DNA of 63,988 nt, counting the filler, from Octopus bimaculoides (taxonomy: Eukaryota): assembly GCF_001194135.2 (NCBI RefSeq). It is 6 parts of 5 records of this genome, joined end to end, with 100 filler letters (N's around TTAATTAATTAA, not from the genome) between each part and the next. Parts side by side here need not be neighbours in the genome. Positions count along the whole stretch, not along the records: positions 44,946 to 56,337 come from NC_068987.1; positions 56,438 to 62,856 come from NC_068987.1; positions 62,957 to 63,988 come from NW_026361600.1; 3 more parts are not named here. One strand, given 5' to 3'. This document shows, piece after piece, positions 50,930 to 63,925 of this stretch. The notes below the pieces were generated by a model. That model had not been told where the DNA came from. It searched no databases and worked only from the letters and a program-made list of their open reading frames with translations. The number at the start of each line of letters is the position of its first letter. Positions within the stretch are counted from its first letter, which is position 1. Both the position numbers and the translations under genes were made by a program.

Positions 50930-51240
50930 TTTATGTTTGACTTTTGTTTTGCATTTGTACAAGTTGGATCCAAGTTTCACCCAGAGACCTCAAGAGACAA
51001 CAAGTTAGAAGTTCATGTAGGTGTTATGCCTAGGGTACCATATATTTGTATTTGTACAGTTTTGTTCAAGTGAATGTTTAAGAAACCATAAGAAAATTAT
51101 GTGTTTGTTTTAAAATTTGAGATCACATAGACAGTATTTTATGTAGGATATGGGCAGTTCCCATGAGCACTATTTTTTGAACTTCAGCCATTTTGGGGTT
51201 TCCTGGAATCTGATCTAGGTAGTAATCAGCCCGTTTCGCT
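50930..51240 (-). mobile_element. R4/Dong-type LINE 3' end
   Basis: AKRADYYLDQIPGNPKMAEVQKIVLMGTAHILHKILSM* plus 3' UTR; (TAA/CAA)n tract on its 5' side. Confidence 0.85.
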
Positions 51241-51424
51241 GTTATTGATATTATTGTTATTATTATTGTTATTATTATTGTTATTATTATTATTATTTTT
51301 ATTATTATTGTTATTATTGTTATTATTGTTATTATTATTATTACACACATTATATTGAAAGACTTCAGATAAAAATCAGGCCCCCTCATTGATATGACTG
51401 TCCTAATCGACATAAATGTATCTG

Positions 51425-51810
51425 TCAAAACGTACCAGACACTGAGAAAGTATATCTTGAAATAGAAATTGGCAAAATACTGAATCTCAAGACTAAAACA
51501 ATACCTCTTGTCATAGGTGCCCTAGGAATGATAACAAAATGGTATGATAATTACCTAGCTCAGATATCAGGAAACCCCAAAATGGCAGAAATTCAAAAAG
51601 TATTGCTTGTGGGAAAACGCCCATATCCTACGTAAAATACTATGTGATATCAAAGTTCAAAGCAAACTTATACTTTTCTTATGTTTTTTTTAAACATTCT
51701 CTTGAACAATACTGTGTGCCAAACCAAATCTATGAGAACCTAAGCATAACACCAACTCGAACTTATAATTTCGTTTCTCTTGAGTTCTCTTGATGAGACT
51801 TGGAATCAAA
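51425..51810 (+). mobile_element. R4/Dong-type LINE 3' end (same subfamily as 50930-51240, opposite strand)
   Basis: LEIEIGKILNLKTKTIPLVIGALGMITKWYDNYLAQISGNPKMAEIQKVLLVG; shares the CTCTTGAG.TCTCT.GATGAGACTTGGA-type 3' UTR motif. Confidence 0.85.
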
Positions 51811-51839
51811 TAGTATAAGATCAGAGCTTATTCACTCGG

Positions 51840-52420
51840 ATGTATCAGGCGAATGGGATGAAAAATGGTGTAGACACAATGTGCCGATACTGCAACGATA
51901 TGATTGAAACAGTGGACTACCGAATCTTTGGGAGTAAGGTTTTAACATCTGTAAAGTACAAATCAACACATGACAGTGTTGGCCAATATCTACATTGGAT
52001 AACGTGTCGGTATTACAAAATCAAAACTGCTGACAAATTGTACAAGCACCACCTTGAGGCTGTAATCGAGAGAGAAAATTTAACCATTCTGTGGGACTCT
52101 AGGTTGTACAGACCAGATTTTCAAAGCAAATAAACCAGATATTGCTGTGAAAGCCAAAAAATAATAAAATCCTTTTATTGACTGACATGAGTATACTCTG
52201 TGACAATAATATCTCGCTAAAAATAATTTGATAATCTCAAGAAATATATAGATTTGCTACTCATAACCAGTGATGGTAGGTGCACTAGATATGATCAAAA
52301 CAGGAACTGAAAATTATTTAAGAATGATCCTTGGCTTACCATCCATGCAGGAAATGGAAAAGATTATCTTAACTAGTACGTAACACGTATTGAGGAGAGC
52401 ACTGTCAGAGTGAATATTCT
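51840..52420 (+). mobile_element. R4/Dong-type LINE, zinc knuckle to RLE domain, degenerate
   Basis: CRYCNDMIETVDY...HDSVGQYLHWITCRYY...ENLTILWD, then ANKPDIAV, PVMVGAL and EMEKIILT. Confidence 0.85.
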
Positions 52421-52651
52421 TTCCATTTTCACTCTGTATTTTATTTGTTTACTTTTTTATTTGTTATTTTTTAAACTTTTTCTCTGTCTTTTTTCTCTTT
52501 TTTCTCTGTCACGTGACTTTATAAATGAACAAACTGGTATGTTTATTTTAAAGGCCTACCGATGTTTATTGTACGTTTCTCTGCCCCAGGTGTCAGGAAG
52601 ACACTCGTCAAGTATTGGAAACAGAATTGAATGTTGCTAATGAAAATAATG

Positions 52652-52738
<87 letters not shown>

Positions 52739-52786
52739 TTTATTATNNNNNNNNNNATTATTATTATTATTACTATCATTCTTCTT

Positions 52787-52817
<31 letters not shown>

Positions 52818-52839
52818 TTATTATTATTATATTGTCATC

Positions 52840-54215
52840 TAATGATGTGGAACTACCGAACAGAGGGAGAATTAATGATGTTGAGGCAGAATGATATAAG
52901 TATCTTAGTATTTTGTAGTATGACATGATTAAGGTGAGCGAGATGAAGGAAATCTGTAGGTGAATATACTTTGAGAGAACGAAATTAATTATGGAGAGTA
53001 GACTGAACGGAATGAACAAGATCAGAGCCATGCATATTCAGGTTGTCTAGTTAACGTGATATGGTACTGGTTTTGTCAGATTAATAAAAGACGAGCTTGA
53101 GGATATGGATAGAAAAATCAGGAAAAATGATGACAATGAATAAGGAATGGCACCACAAAACGAAGTTGATGGACTATATCTATTCAGAAACAAGAGAAGG
53201 AGAGGTCTTATACGATGCATTGTAAATGAGGAAAACAGTATGTAATGTTACGTGAGGCAGAAGATTGAAATTTTGGTCGTTGCTGTTAGAAATAGCAACA
53301 CGACACCTAGTCGAAATGTGACGCAACCAAAAGCATTTAAGATTGAGAATAAAGGTTGGGCAGTTGGAAAATGAAGACGATGCCAAGGCAATATTTCAGA
53401 GTAATTGAAAAGAAAGTTAAGACCTAAGGAAGAGTGAACTGAAAGGATGCCCTGAGACATCGTTATGCAGCGCTCACGAACAGACTTTAAGAACTAATTA
53501 TACGAAGTTCTAAATAGATAAGTGTAGTCAATTACGCCTTTATGGGATGTGTGGCAGCAAAATCGAAGCAGCCACACATATTGAAAATGTTTGAAAATGG
53601 CTAAACAAAGAATGCAAATTTGACCATGATAAGATAGCTAAGTTTTGTTCATTGGCCATAGGGACAGAAGTAGGGCTTGAAAGGACATTGAAATGATATG
53701 AGTAGAGAACGGAAGGCGTTACGAAGAGGAGTGAATACGAGAACTTGTGGTATTTTCCAATCGAGTGTGATTCAGTGATTGATGCCCCGAGACGAGACGT
53801 TGTTGTAGTTGACGAAATGATGAAGGAAACCGAGATTATTGATACTACCATACCTGGAGTGGGGTGGGGACGAGTGAATGACAATGGAATGGAAACTATT
53901 GAAACGTACAAGACACTAAAAGATGAGATGGCACAACTGTTGGCAATGAAGAAAGTAGCTCTCATCCCAGTAGTTATCGGGGAAGTGGGAGCATTAGCAA
54001 CTAGATTTGTGAAATTTGCTTGAGAAAATGGGATTGACAAGAAGGTAGAACATGATGAGAGTATGATAGGGGACGGTGAGGATTTTGAGATTAGCACTTC
54101 CGTTTTAAGTATCGTGGAAGTAGATCCTTGGCAGCACTTGAAAGAGGCCCCTGACGACACTTTATTTTCCGATCTCACAGATGGAATCGAGAGCTCTGGG
54201 ACGTAAAATGACATC
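52840..54215 (+). mobile_element. R4/Dong-type LINE, RT C-terminus to RLE domain, degenerate
   Basis: YKYLSIL...LNGMNKIRAM...ELEDMDRKIRKMMTMNK...; RLE region WYFPIECDSVIDAPRRDVVVVD...IIDTTIPG...YKTLKDEMAQL...IPVVIGEVGAL. Confidence 0.85.
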
Positions 54216-54289
54216 AGTGGCAAAAAATTACAACTACTGTTAACTGTAGTAGCAAAAGTATCAGAAGTAGAAGTAACAAAACTAAGACT

Positions 54290-54369
<80 letters not shown>
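54290..54369. repeat. (TAG)n microsatellite
   Basis: Directly visible. Confidence 0.95.
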
Positions 54370-54370
<1 letters not shown>

Positions 54371-55904
54371 TTATTCTAACATTTATTATATGAATGTTAA
54401 TATTCCTCTTGCTGAATATAAGGGTAAACAATTTGCTAGTTGTTGTTCCATGTGTAATTTAATTTCAAACAATATTTTAGACTGAACTGTTGGACTGAAA
54501 TGTTATTGTCAGATTAATGTTGTATCTGTTCATTTATGGCTGCTCATTTCTCTTTGTGGATCGTACTATGTTCAGAAGAATTTTATGTAAATCTATATCT
54601 CACTATTATAAGGTTCGGCTATTTGCATTCAAACCTAGAGTGGAGTGAGAAGTATTCATTTACTATCCCATATACAGCTATACTTTTTAGCGTTTAATAT
54701 GCATCTATTGAAAGGTGGTGAATTGAAAAATCGTAGCATAGTTTCTAACAGTCTCTGGTTTAATTTTCTCTGTCGTGATTCAGCTTTTACCTCTTTCATT
54801 CGATCATTAACACAATATACAATATAGAGCGATAGATTGGCAGAGCTATTAGACACCAAAATATGTCTTGCATGTCTATAAATTCAGATGGAGGACAACG
54901 CCAGCTAAAGGGACGGTACTAAGATGTATCAGTAATAAATTGATGGTTTTTCCTTTGCAAGAACGACATTTGCATCTCCTCATAGGAGACTGTTATGTTT
55001 GTAATTCATTCACAGTCATAAAATTGCTGCTTTCTAAATCGAATCGAAATGATAATTTACATACCTTGTCACATAACATGTAAAGCACTTCCGATGTTCG
55101 TCTAAGATATAGAATGTCTTCATGCATTATGTTTGATAGCACTACAAAGTCTATTTTTATGGGACATCGAGTGTTTGGGGGTATTGTTTTTCGGAATCTT
55201 GTCTGTAACATCCGACAACATCACAAGAATTTTTGGTATGCACGATGAAAGTATTGTCTTCCGGTACAGCAGAAAACAAACGTTCAGCAGTTCGTATTTT
55301 CCTGATCGAGCAGCAATATTTCCATTAATTTCAGTGTTATAAGTTAAACACTCAGCTGGAATACATTGGATCAGCTTTACGAAACCAGAACATTGGAACT
55401 TGACAAATAAAATTTTGTGAATATAAAAACGGCTTCTTCATTTATATAAAATATGTTTTGGGTTTTTTTTGTTTTTGTTTAGAAAAGAACATTGCTTTTG
55501 TTTTTCAGGGTGAGGTTCCATTACAATGGCAATACATAGATAGAATTATACTGATCAAAAAATTCCCTCCAAAATTGACTGTTTGGAAGGTGAGACAGTA
55601 CATTTTGTATTCTAAGTATAACACTATGAGGAGAAAAAGAAAGAAAGAGGGAAAAAAAGAAGGAAAGCGGAAAGAGAAAGAAAGCAAAGTGACTTTCAGT
55701 GATGACTTAACTGCATGGGTTATTTTTTTTTATTTTGTGAAGAGGTCACCATCTTTAAATCCGTTGCAATACAATGGTAAATGTCTAAATAAATAAATTA
55801 ATGAAGGGTGAATAGGAAGGGGGATACCCCTTCTCTCTCTCCTTCTACCTATCTGTCTATCTATCTGATTATCTATCTATGTAACTATCTATCTACCTAC
55901 ATAC

Positions 55905-55956
<52 letters not shown>

Positions 55957-56337
55957 ATATCTATCAGCGTATCTACCTACCTCTAATACTATCTGTTCAT
56001 CACCATTGTCATGGACCTTAATCTCCCGAAAAAACAAAACAAACACAATGTTGTCTTCTAAACAAAAAGAAATCAAAACATCTCTTTTATATAAATGAAC
56101 AAACCTTTCGCACATTCAAAAAATTATAATTGACAAGTTCGAGAAAGGAACGAAAGTGCTAATAATAATGAAGAAATTAAAAAAAAATTATTTTACAAAA
56201 TTCTAACGCCCTTTTTAGATAGATACATTTCTTTTATTAGCCACACAGGGCTCAACGAAGATGGGACAAATACAATGTAGAGCTTTTCTTTTTGGGAGGG
56301 GGAAGGAAGGAAAAAAAAAAAAAAATTGGTGGTGTCG

Positions 56338-56437
56338 NNNNNNNNNNNNNNNNNNNNNNNNNNNNNNNNNNNNNNNNNNNNTTAATTAATTAANNNNNNN
56401 NNNNNNNNNNNNNNNNNNNNNNNNNNNNNNNNNNNNN
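56338..56437. other. Artificial scaffold linker
   Basis: TTAATTAATTAA at 56382-56393 with 44 N on each side. Confidence 0.95.
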
Positions 56438-57691
56438 ATATATATATATATAATAATATTATTAGGGACAAAATCCAAAATTACAGGTAAAAAACTCAAT
56501 TAAAATCAATTTATAAAAAATTAAAATTAAATTGAGCCTTATAGATATTCTGTTGCTGATGTTAATCCCAATGCACTCCCTGATGTAATACTCACTATGA
56601 GTACAATAACAACAGCAGCAACGCTTTATGTTGCCTCCTGAATTTCTGACGGATTCAGAATTCGGACACATGCCCACTTTTCCCTTTGTGTGCCTCCGTT
56701 CACTTATTCTTTATATTAGTATTTAACATCCACAAATGAATAACCTAATCTCCAATAAAAATAAAATCACGGTTATATTCTTAGCTAACAACTAATATTT
56801 AAAACTCAGTCAGATAAATTACATGCGGCTTAGTGCTAACTACTTCAGAGACGTTACAATAAACAGCAGACGTAAAAGAATTAAACATGTATTAGAGTTG
56901 ATATATATGACTAGAATGTTTGTATGCTGCGCGCATACACGGCAACATTTTCAAAAACTTAAGATCCATAAAAGAATAAAAGAAAAAAAAGAATTAAAGC
57001 ACATTTTCATGTGCTTTGATGTCATATATAACTAAATGAATTGAGAAGCAACAAGTACGAGAGATACCATGTACATATTTTAGGTACGACCATTTTCGAA
57101 CTGAGTTCATATCCTTTGGTACTTCTGAGGTCGATAAAACAAATTGCTTTTTAGTACACTTGTGGATATATTCAAGGTAGGTAAAATAAATTACTTACAG
57201 GTCCTTGTGTGATATTGACACTTCCCCGCAGTATGTGCCTTCAGGCTAATATGAGAAATTAATATTTTTGATTTGTAACGTTGCAAAGTTATCTTTAACC
57301 AAAAGTAAACGACTGAGTGCATCGAGTCAAGCAATTTCGAATTATTTTAGATGCAGATCACTTTAATTACAAAGCCAGTGCACTACAATACAATTCTTCA
57401 ACACTTCACGACAAATATTGAAACTTAAAGCAAGCCAAACTTAAACCAGTTCTTTATGGACTTGTGATAACTAAGACAGAAATGAATGAAAATAATTGCA
57501 GTAATTTCGTCTCAAGAATTGCTGTATTAATAGCCTACATAATGCTCATACAATAAATTAAATATATCTTATATTTCATGCACATTATGATATATACATA
57601 CTTTCCATGCTTGTGTTTGATTGTTGGTATTCTATATATACATATATCTGTGTGCCTGCATGTGTTTGCATGTGTAAATATGTATCTGTAT

Positions 57692-57788
<97 letters not shown>

Positions 57789-58138
57789 GCTATATACATA
57801 TGTATATATATATGTATGTATATATATGTGTGTATATATCCGTATATAGGAGTATATATATATGTATGTATGTATGTATGAATGTATGTATGACATCGTA
57901 AATATAGAGTGAAGCGTTATTTGATATTTTAAGTCAAAAATTGTTCAAAAGCCAATACAATCAAAGTAAATTGAAATAAAGGAGTGACAGGAGGAAGGGA
58001 AAACAAAAGGATATTAACCCTCAAATACTGAAATATAAGGTAAAGTGTAAACTATTGTTCTGAATTCTTTATTTCTGTTTCTACATATGTATTTCAATGT
58101 GCATTATGTTGAATTTGAACAATTTTAACTATGTAATA

Positions 58139-58207
<69 letters not shown>

Positions 58208-58689
58208 ATATTGAAATTATCTCTTCTATATGAATAAACAACGAATGCAGTAAGGTTATTGTTTTCTTTCTTCAACTAGCGAAAAATTCTTTTTCTTTAC
58301 GAATGTTTTTGCATCCGTTCCTACTTCATGTATATCACACAATGTATTGTATTCTAATTTGGACGTGTATTGTACAATGCATTTTATTCCGCATTCATCT
58401 AAAGTAATATATTCCAAATATGTGAGTGCTTTACCGAAAGTAATGCAAAAGTGAAATAAAAGTTGTTTATTCTTACTAACTTGCATAGGTCATTTAATCT
58501 GCTCATGTTGATTGAGCAACTTCTAAGGCAACTTACTACTCAGCATAGCGTCCCGTTCAAGCAATAAATCTGCATCATTGTCAAATCCGAATTTTGAATA
58601 TTTGTTAAAAACATTCAGGTGTACGTTTGTACACACCTCTTTCTCAATTTCATATCGTCTTTGTCATTAAATGCTTGTTCTCGAAGACT

Positions 58690-58830
58690 GTTCTCCATTG
58701 TACCGAAAACGTGAACCTTGCGGATACCCCAGATTTGGACTTTACTATGGATGGGAAAAACACGACCCAGCTCAATTTGCCGATCACCTGATTTGTCACC
58801 CAATTTGAGAGAATATGTAATTCTATTCTA
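58690..58830 (+). mobile_element. Possible Tc1/mariner transposase remnant
   Basis: TRPSSICRSPDLSP resembles the W.P.SPDL.P motif; no TIRs or other DDE motifs recognised. Confidence 0.25.
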
Positions 58831-59641
58831 TAAACTGGTTCTTCATTTCATGATCATAGAGATGCAACCGCATTTCATACCTGTCGTCATATCGGGAAAA
58901 AAAACTTTCTTCTGGCTTCAAATGTTTTCAGCATATCAGAGCAGACTTCTATACGTCTCTCCAAACTTGTGTGTCAACTGAATACATTTTAAGATATCCA
59001 AACTTTTACATCATCTTAAATACCTTCTGTCCTCAGACAGGCTGTGCAGCATGATCATTCATGTTCATGAATCGAGACTCGTCTGTCCACGCAGTTCAGT
59101 TTGTCCACTAATTGATGATTTAAGACATTGGTCGTAGTTGAAGGTCTCCCACCGAGTGGGCTATCTTTGATACTAACTTTACATTATCTAAACTTCTCCA
59201 GTTACCTGATCATATCACTCTTCTTATTAGCATCATTTCCATTAACAACCTGCTGCATGCAGTGGATGTCAGATAAACTGAACCTTTCTTTTGCTAAAAA
59301 CTTAATGAGGGTGTGTTACCTCGGCATAGAAATCGTTATATTCCTCTAATGAAGAAGAAAACCATAACAGATAACTAAAGAGGAAGACCTATTCTAACAA
59401 AAAGTGAAATTTGTATGAGTTATGTCTGTTAATACAGAATTACTGACCAATTGGCATAATATTCATTAGAATTCAAGTATTACACAATATATTACGTAAC
59501 ATATTACACTACATATACATTTGGCAACAAATTATATTCTTAGATATCATATGATACACAATGCATTCGATATATGCAACATATAGCATATACAGTATAT
59601 GTTAAAATCTGATGTGTTACACAAACACACACACACACACA

Positions 59642-59676
<35 letters not shown>

Positions 59677-60050
59677 GCGCGCACATACATATCAGGCCTT
59701 TATTCTTAGGATAAAACAGTCTGCAGTTTGTCATATCCCAAACCTCTTCCACTACTTCCATTTCCGGATGGTACTCGTCGAAACGCTTCTTCTAATTCTT
59801 TTCATCACCTTCATGTACTTTACGAAATGTATTATGTAACAAATATGACATATATTATGATACATTATATTCCATGTTTAACATAGTTAATTAATTTGAC
59901 GATTTGCTATCGCAGCAAAAGATTGACATTAGCGATAGTCAAAAGGAAGCAATATTTTTAATTCAAAAGCAGTCATACCTGAGGTGTTAAGAGTAACCCT
60001 CAAATGAAATGTATTCATATGTATATATGCATGAATGTATGTTGCATATA

Positions 60051-60093
<43 letters not shown>

Positions 60094-61556
60094 NNNNNNN
60101 NNNNNNNNNNNNNNNNNNNNNNNNNNNNNNNNNNNNNNNNNNNNNNNNNNCCTATACATACAGGTCGATGTCGGTATGCACATACCTGTACGTATATATG
60201 CATATACTCATTTACTATTTGTTTTTACATGACCGAATGCAGCGTCACCAATCTGTAAGTAGTTTTCGCAACTTTATATTTTCCGACGCTACTCTATCTC
60301 TTTCTCTTTCTCTTCCTCTTCAATTATTCCCCCTCTCGTTCTTCCTCTGTTTACTACTACGTATCGCTCTTTACCCCTCTCGTTCTTCCTCTGTTACTAC
60401 TACGTATCTCCTTCCCCCCCCTCGTACTTCCTCTCTTCCTCTTTTCCTCTCGTTGCTCACCTATTCTTCTACTTCATCCCTTTGTTTCTCCCTCTACCAC
60501 TCTCTCTCTCTTTTCCCCTTACACCGGCATGGTCACATGCTTCCGGTCAATAATCCTTTTCTTCCTTGGCTATCGCCGAGCAAACACGCGAACTTACTTC
60601 GTCCCCACTTTCAAGTTCGTGCCTCACAGCGTTCATACACACATAACTTTTCCCGTCTGGCCGTATAGCCTTTNNNNNNNNNNNNNNNNNNNNNNNNNNN
60701 NNNNNNNNNNNNNNNNNNNNNNNNNNNNNNNNNNNNNNNNNNNNNNNNNNNNNNNNNNNNNNNNNNNNNNNNNNNNNNNNNNNNNNNNNNNNNNNNNNNN
60801 NNNNNNNNNNNNNNNNNNNNNNNNNNNNNNNNNNNNNNNNNNNNNNNNNNNNNNNNNNNNNNNNNNNNNNNNNNNNNNNNNNNNNNNNNNNNNNNNNNNN
60901 NNNNNNNNNNNNNNNNNNNNNNNNNNNNNNNNNNNNNNNNNNNNNNNNNNNNNNNNNNNNNNNNNNNNNNNNNNNNNNNNNNNNNNNNNNNNNNNNNNNN
61001 NNNNNNNNNNNNNNNNNNNNNNNNNNNNNNNNNNNNNNNNNNNNNNNNNNNNNNNNNNNNNNNNNNNNNNNNNNNNNNNNNNNNNNNNNNNNNNNNNNNN
61101 NNNNNNNNNNNNNNNNNNNNNNNNNNNNNNNNNNNNNNNNNNNNNNNNNNNNNNNNNNNNNNNNNNNNNNNNNNNNNNNNNNNNNNNNNNNNNNNNNNNN
61201 NNNNNNNNNNNNNNNNNNNNNNNNNNNNNNNNNNNNNNNNNNNNNNNNNNNNNNNNNNNNNNNNNNNNNNNNNNNNNNNNNNNNNNNNNNNNNNNNNNNN
61301 NNNNNNNNNNNNNNNNNNNNNNNNNNNNNNNNNNNNNNNNNNNNNNNNNNNNNNNNNNNNNNNNNNNNNNNNNNNNNNNNNNNNNNNNNNNNNNNNNNNN
61401 NNNNNNNNNNNNNNNNNNNNNNNNNNNNNNNNNNNNNNNNNNNNNNNNNNNNNNNNNNNNNNNNNNNNNNNNNNNNNNNNNNNNNNNNNNNNNNNNNNNN
61501 NNNNNNNNNNNNNNNNNNNNNNNNNNNNNNNNNNNNNNNNNNNNNNNNNNNNNNNN

Positions 61557-61796
61557 AGAAAAACCTCCCACATTGATGCGAGGTGCGGCAGAAAAACCTT
61601 CCACATTGATGCGAGGTGCGGCAGAAAAACCTCCCACATTGATGCGAGGTGCGGCAGAAAAACCTCCCACATTGATGAAAGGTGCGGCAGCAAAACCTCC
61701 CACATTGATGCGAGGTGAGTCAGTAAACCTCCCACATTGATGTGAAGTGCGGCAGAAAAACTTTTTTCTGCCGCACATCGCATCAATGTGGGAGGT
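61557..61796. repeat. 33-bp minisatellite (AGAAAAACCTCCCACATTGATGCGAGGTGCGGC), at least 6 units, ending in an inverted unit
   Basis: Units start at 61557, 61590, 61623, 61656, 61689 and 61722; inverted copy at 61763-61796; the array runs into an 883-N gap. Confidence 0.92.
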
Positions 61797-62249
61797 ACAG
61801 AGAACAACTCAGAAAGATTCCCGCATTTTTAACGATGTATGTGGATGAACATCATTCTCTTTGCTGGGTTGGATACATGCGTGTTCGTTTTGGTAAGGTG
61901 AGAATTCTGTTTATCCGTATATGTTGATACTATAATATGCTGACGAACGGAAACTAGATTTCATTCTGGTAATCGTGAAATCGGTCGATACATAGTTGAG
62001 TATATTTTTTTTTTAATGTTGGTTTCTTTCAAAGGTTGTTTTCCTCGCATTCGGTACTAAAATGTGTTTATTTGGGAAGTCTAGTGTGTGGCATTATTCT
62101 GTAATAATGCCCTTAATAGATATATATAAACGAATAAGTATATTCTTGGGAATAGAAATTTCCCTTACGAATGTTTTTGCACACTAGCTTCCTGATAAAA
62201 TTCTTGTTAAAGATTTTATCCTTTATCGTTACTCAAGAAACAAGAAAAA

Positions 62250-62431
62250 AGAGTGAGAGAAAGTTGGGGCGAAAGAGAACAACAGGGGTCACCGCCTCCT
62301 CCTGCCGGAATCTCGTGGAGCTTTAGGTATTTTCGCTCAATAAAAACACACAACGCCCGGTCTGGGAATCGAAACCGCGATCCTCCGACCGTGAGTCCAC
62401 TGCTCTAACCACTGGGCCATTGCGCCTCCAC
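62250..62431 (-). mobile_element. tRNA-derived SINE head and body
   Basis: Reverse complement GTGGAGGCGCAATGGCCCAGTGGTTAGAGCAG (A-box)...GGTTTCGATTCCCAG (B-box). Confidence 0.85.
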
Positions 62432-62559
62432 ATATCTGTATATATACGCACATAAACAAGCGTGTTCATATATATATATATATGAATATATAAATGTATA
62501 TATTACCCTACATGCGCATACTTGAATATATATGCATACACATCTTTTATAATGTATTT

Positions 62560-62790
62560 GTTTCAGTTATTGTACTGTGGTCATGCTGTGGAACGCTGTC
62601 CTGAAGAATTTTAATCGTACGAATCGTCGACGGTGGTTTTTTTTTTTATCTCTCTTTCAAGCTTGGTACTTATTGTATAACCGCCTTTTGCTAAACCGCT
62701 AAGTTACTGCAACGTTAACACACCGACACCAGTTTTTAACCGGTGGAGTGGGGGATGCAGTCGTAGAAACACAGGCACACACACACACAC
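62560..62790 (-). mobile_element. SINE family A, degenerate 3' half
   Basis: TGTTTCAG...TGTGGTCATGCTG...GGTACTTATT...CTAAACCGCTAAGTTAC. Confidence 0.65.
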
Positions 62791-62798
62791 ACACACTC

Positions 62799-62856
<58 letters not shown>

Positions 62857-62956
62857 NNNNNNNNNNNNNNNNNNNNNNNNNNNNNNNNNNNNNNNNNNNN
62901 TTAATTAATTAANNNNNNNNNNNNNNNNNNNNNNNNNNNNNNNNNNNNNNNNNNNN
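62857..62956. other. Artificial scaffold linker
   Basis: TTAATTAATTAA at 62901-62912 with 44 N on each side. Confidence 0.95.
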
Positions 62957-63925
62957 TGGTGTTGGTGGTGTGGAGGCTTTTGGTTGTTGTTGTTGTTGTT
63001 GCTGCAGGAATTTTCTGATTTTGTCTGCCTCCACTCTTTGCTTGTAGATGGGGCAGTCTTTTTTAGGTGTTTTTCGCTGCTGCAGAGGTAGCACTTTGGT
63101 CTGCGCCCCTCTACAGCAACGTGTATCCTACTGCCATCCGGCAGGTTTATTGCGTCGGGTATGGTATTTATGCTATCTTGCTCAATTTGAACAAGGAGTT
63201 GCATTTCCATGCCCAACCAGTTTTTTTTCTTTCATTCTATGCACCTCCAAAATAGTGGCAGTCTCTTCAATGTCGAAGAACACAGTTGCCACTAGCCAGG
63301 AGATGTTCAGTTCTAGCGGCACTTGATTTATTTTTATTTTTGTCACGCGTCGACCAAGGTATGTCGGCACGAGTAATAAATCGTCCACCTTTAATGGTGT
63401 CGTGGAGTGTCGGATGGCATCCTCTTCTGTTGGGAAGCGTACTTCCACTGTTCCAAAGCGCTTCCCTTTATTTACGAAAGTTTTTTGGCCCCATATGGGC
63501 TTTAGAGCTATCACCAATCTCTGTGGGGTAGCACTCTCCATCTTGTGATATATTGTGTTGAAAACCTTGCATATTATTGTTCTTCTGTTTGTTGCTTGTA
63601 TCAATGCTTGTGGTGTGTTAAGGAAGACATTATTGCCATCCCTTCTTAACAATTCCTTGGCATTCTTTATTTCTGCCATTGTAACTTTGATTTCTTCTGA
63701 GCTCTGCTTAGCTGCGGAAGCGAAACCGTTACAATGGCTACTGGTTGTGGTTTTGGTGTTGTTGCTGGTGTTGTTTTCTTTGTTTTCTTTGTTCTTTTTT
63801 TCTTCCTCCCTCTCCGGTGTAGGAGCTATGGTGGAGGTGAGAGCTGGGAAGTGAGCGTCAGAAAGTCTGTTAAACAGACCTGAATCAGGAACGCTGCACG
63901 TGGCATTCAAAACTCTGCCTTTCAT
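62957..63925 (-). mobile_element. L1/Tx1-clade LINE ORF1 (gag-like, CCHC zinc knuckle), two 1-bp frameshifts
   Basis: 247-aa ORF 63182-63925 continues after a frameshift as WLGMEMQLL...VEGRRPKCYLCSSEKHLKK and after another as DCPIYKQR, reconstituting C-X2-C-X4-H-X4-C. Confidence 0.7.

Noticed and set aside
55065-55340. Minus-strand donor AAG|GTATGT with open frames upstream
   Set aside because: No recognisable protein motif and ambiguous acceptor; unsupported.
61557-61796. 33-bp repeats as a CRISPR array or repeat-protein exon (EKPPTLMRGAA)
   Set aside because: Units are contiguous with no unique spacers, the context is eukaryotic, and several frames are open simply because the unit lacks stops.
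62370-62431. tRNA gene (also 18480-18580, 21297-21370, 42311-42380)
   Set aside because: A/B boxes are followed by SINE bodies and no complete cloverleaf is evident; these are SINE heads.
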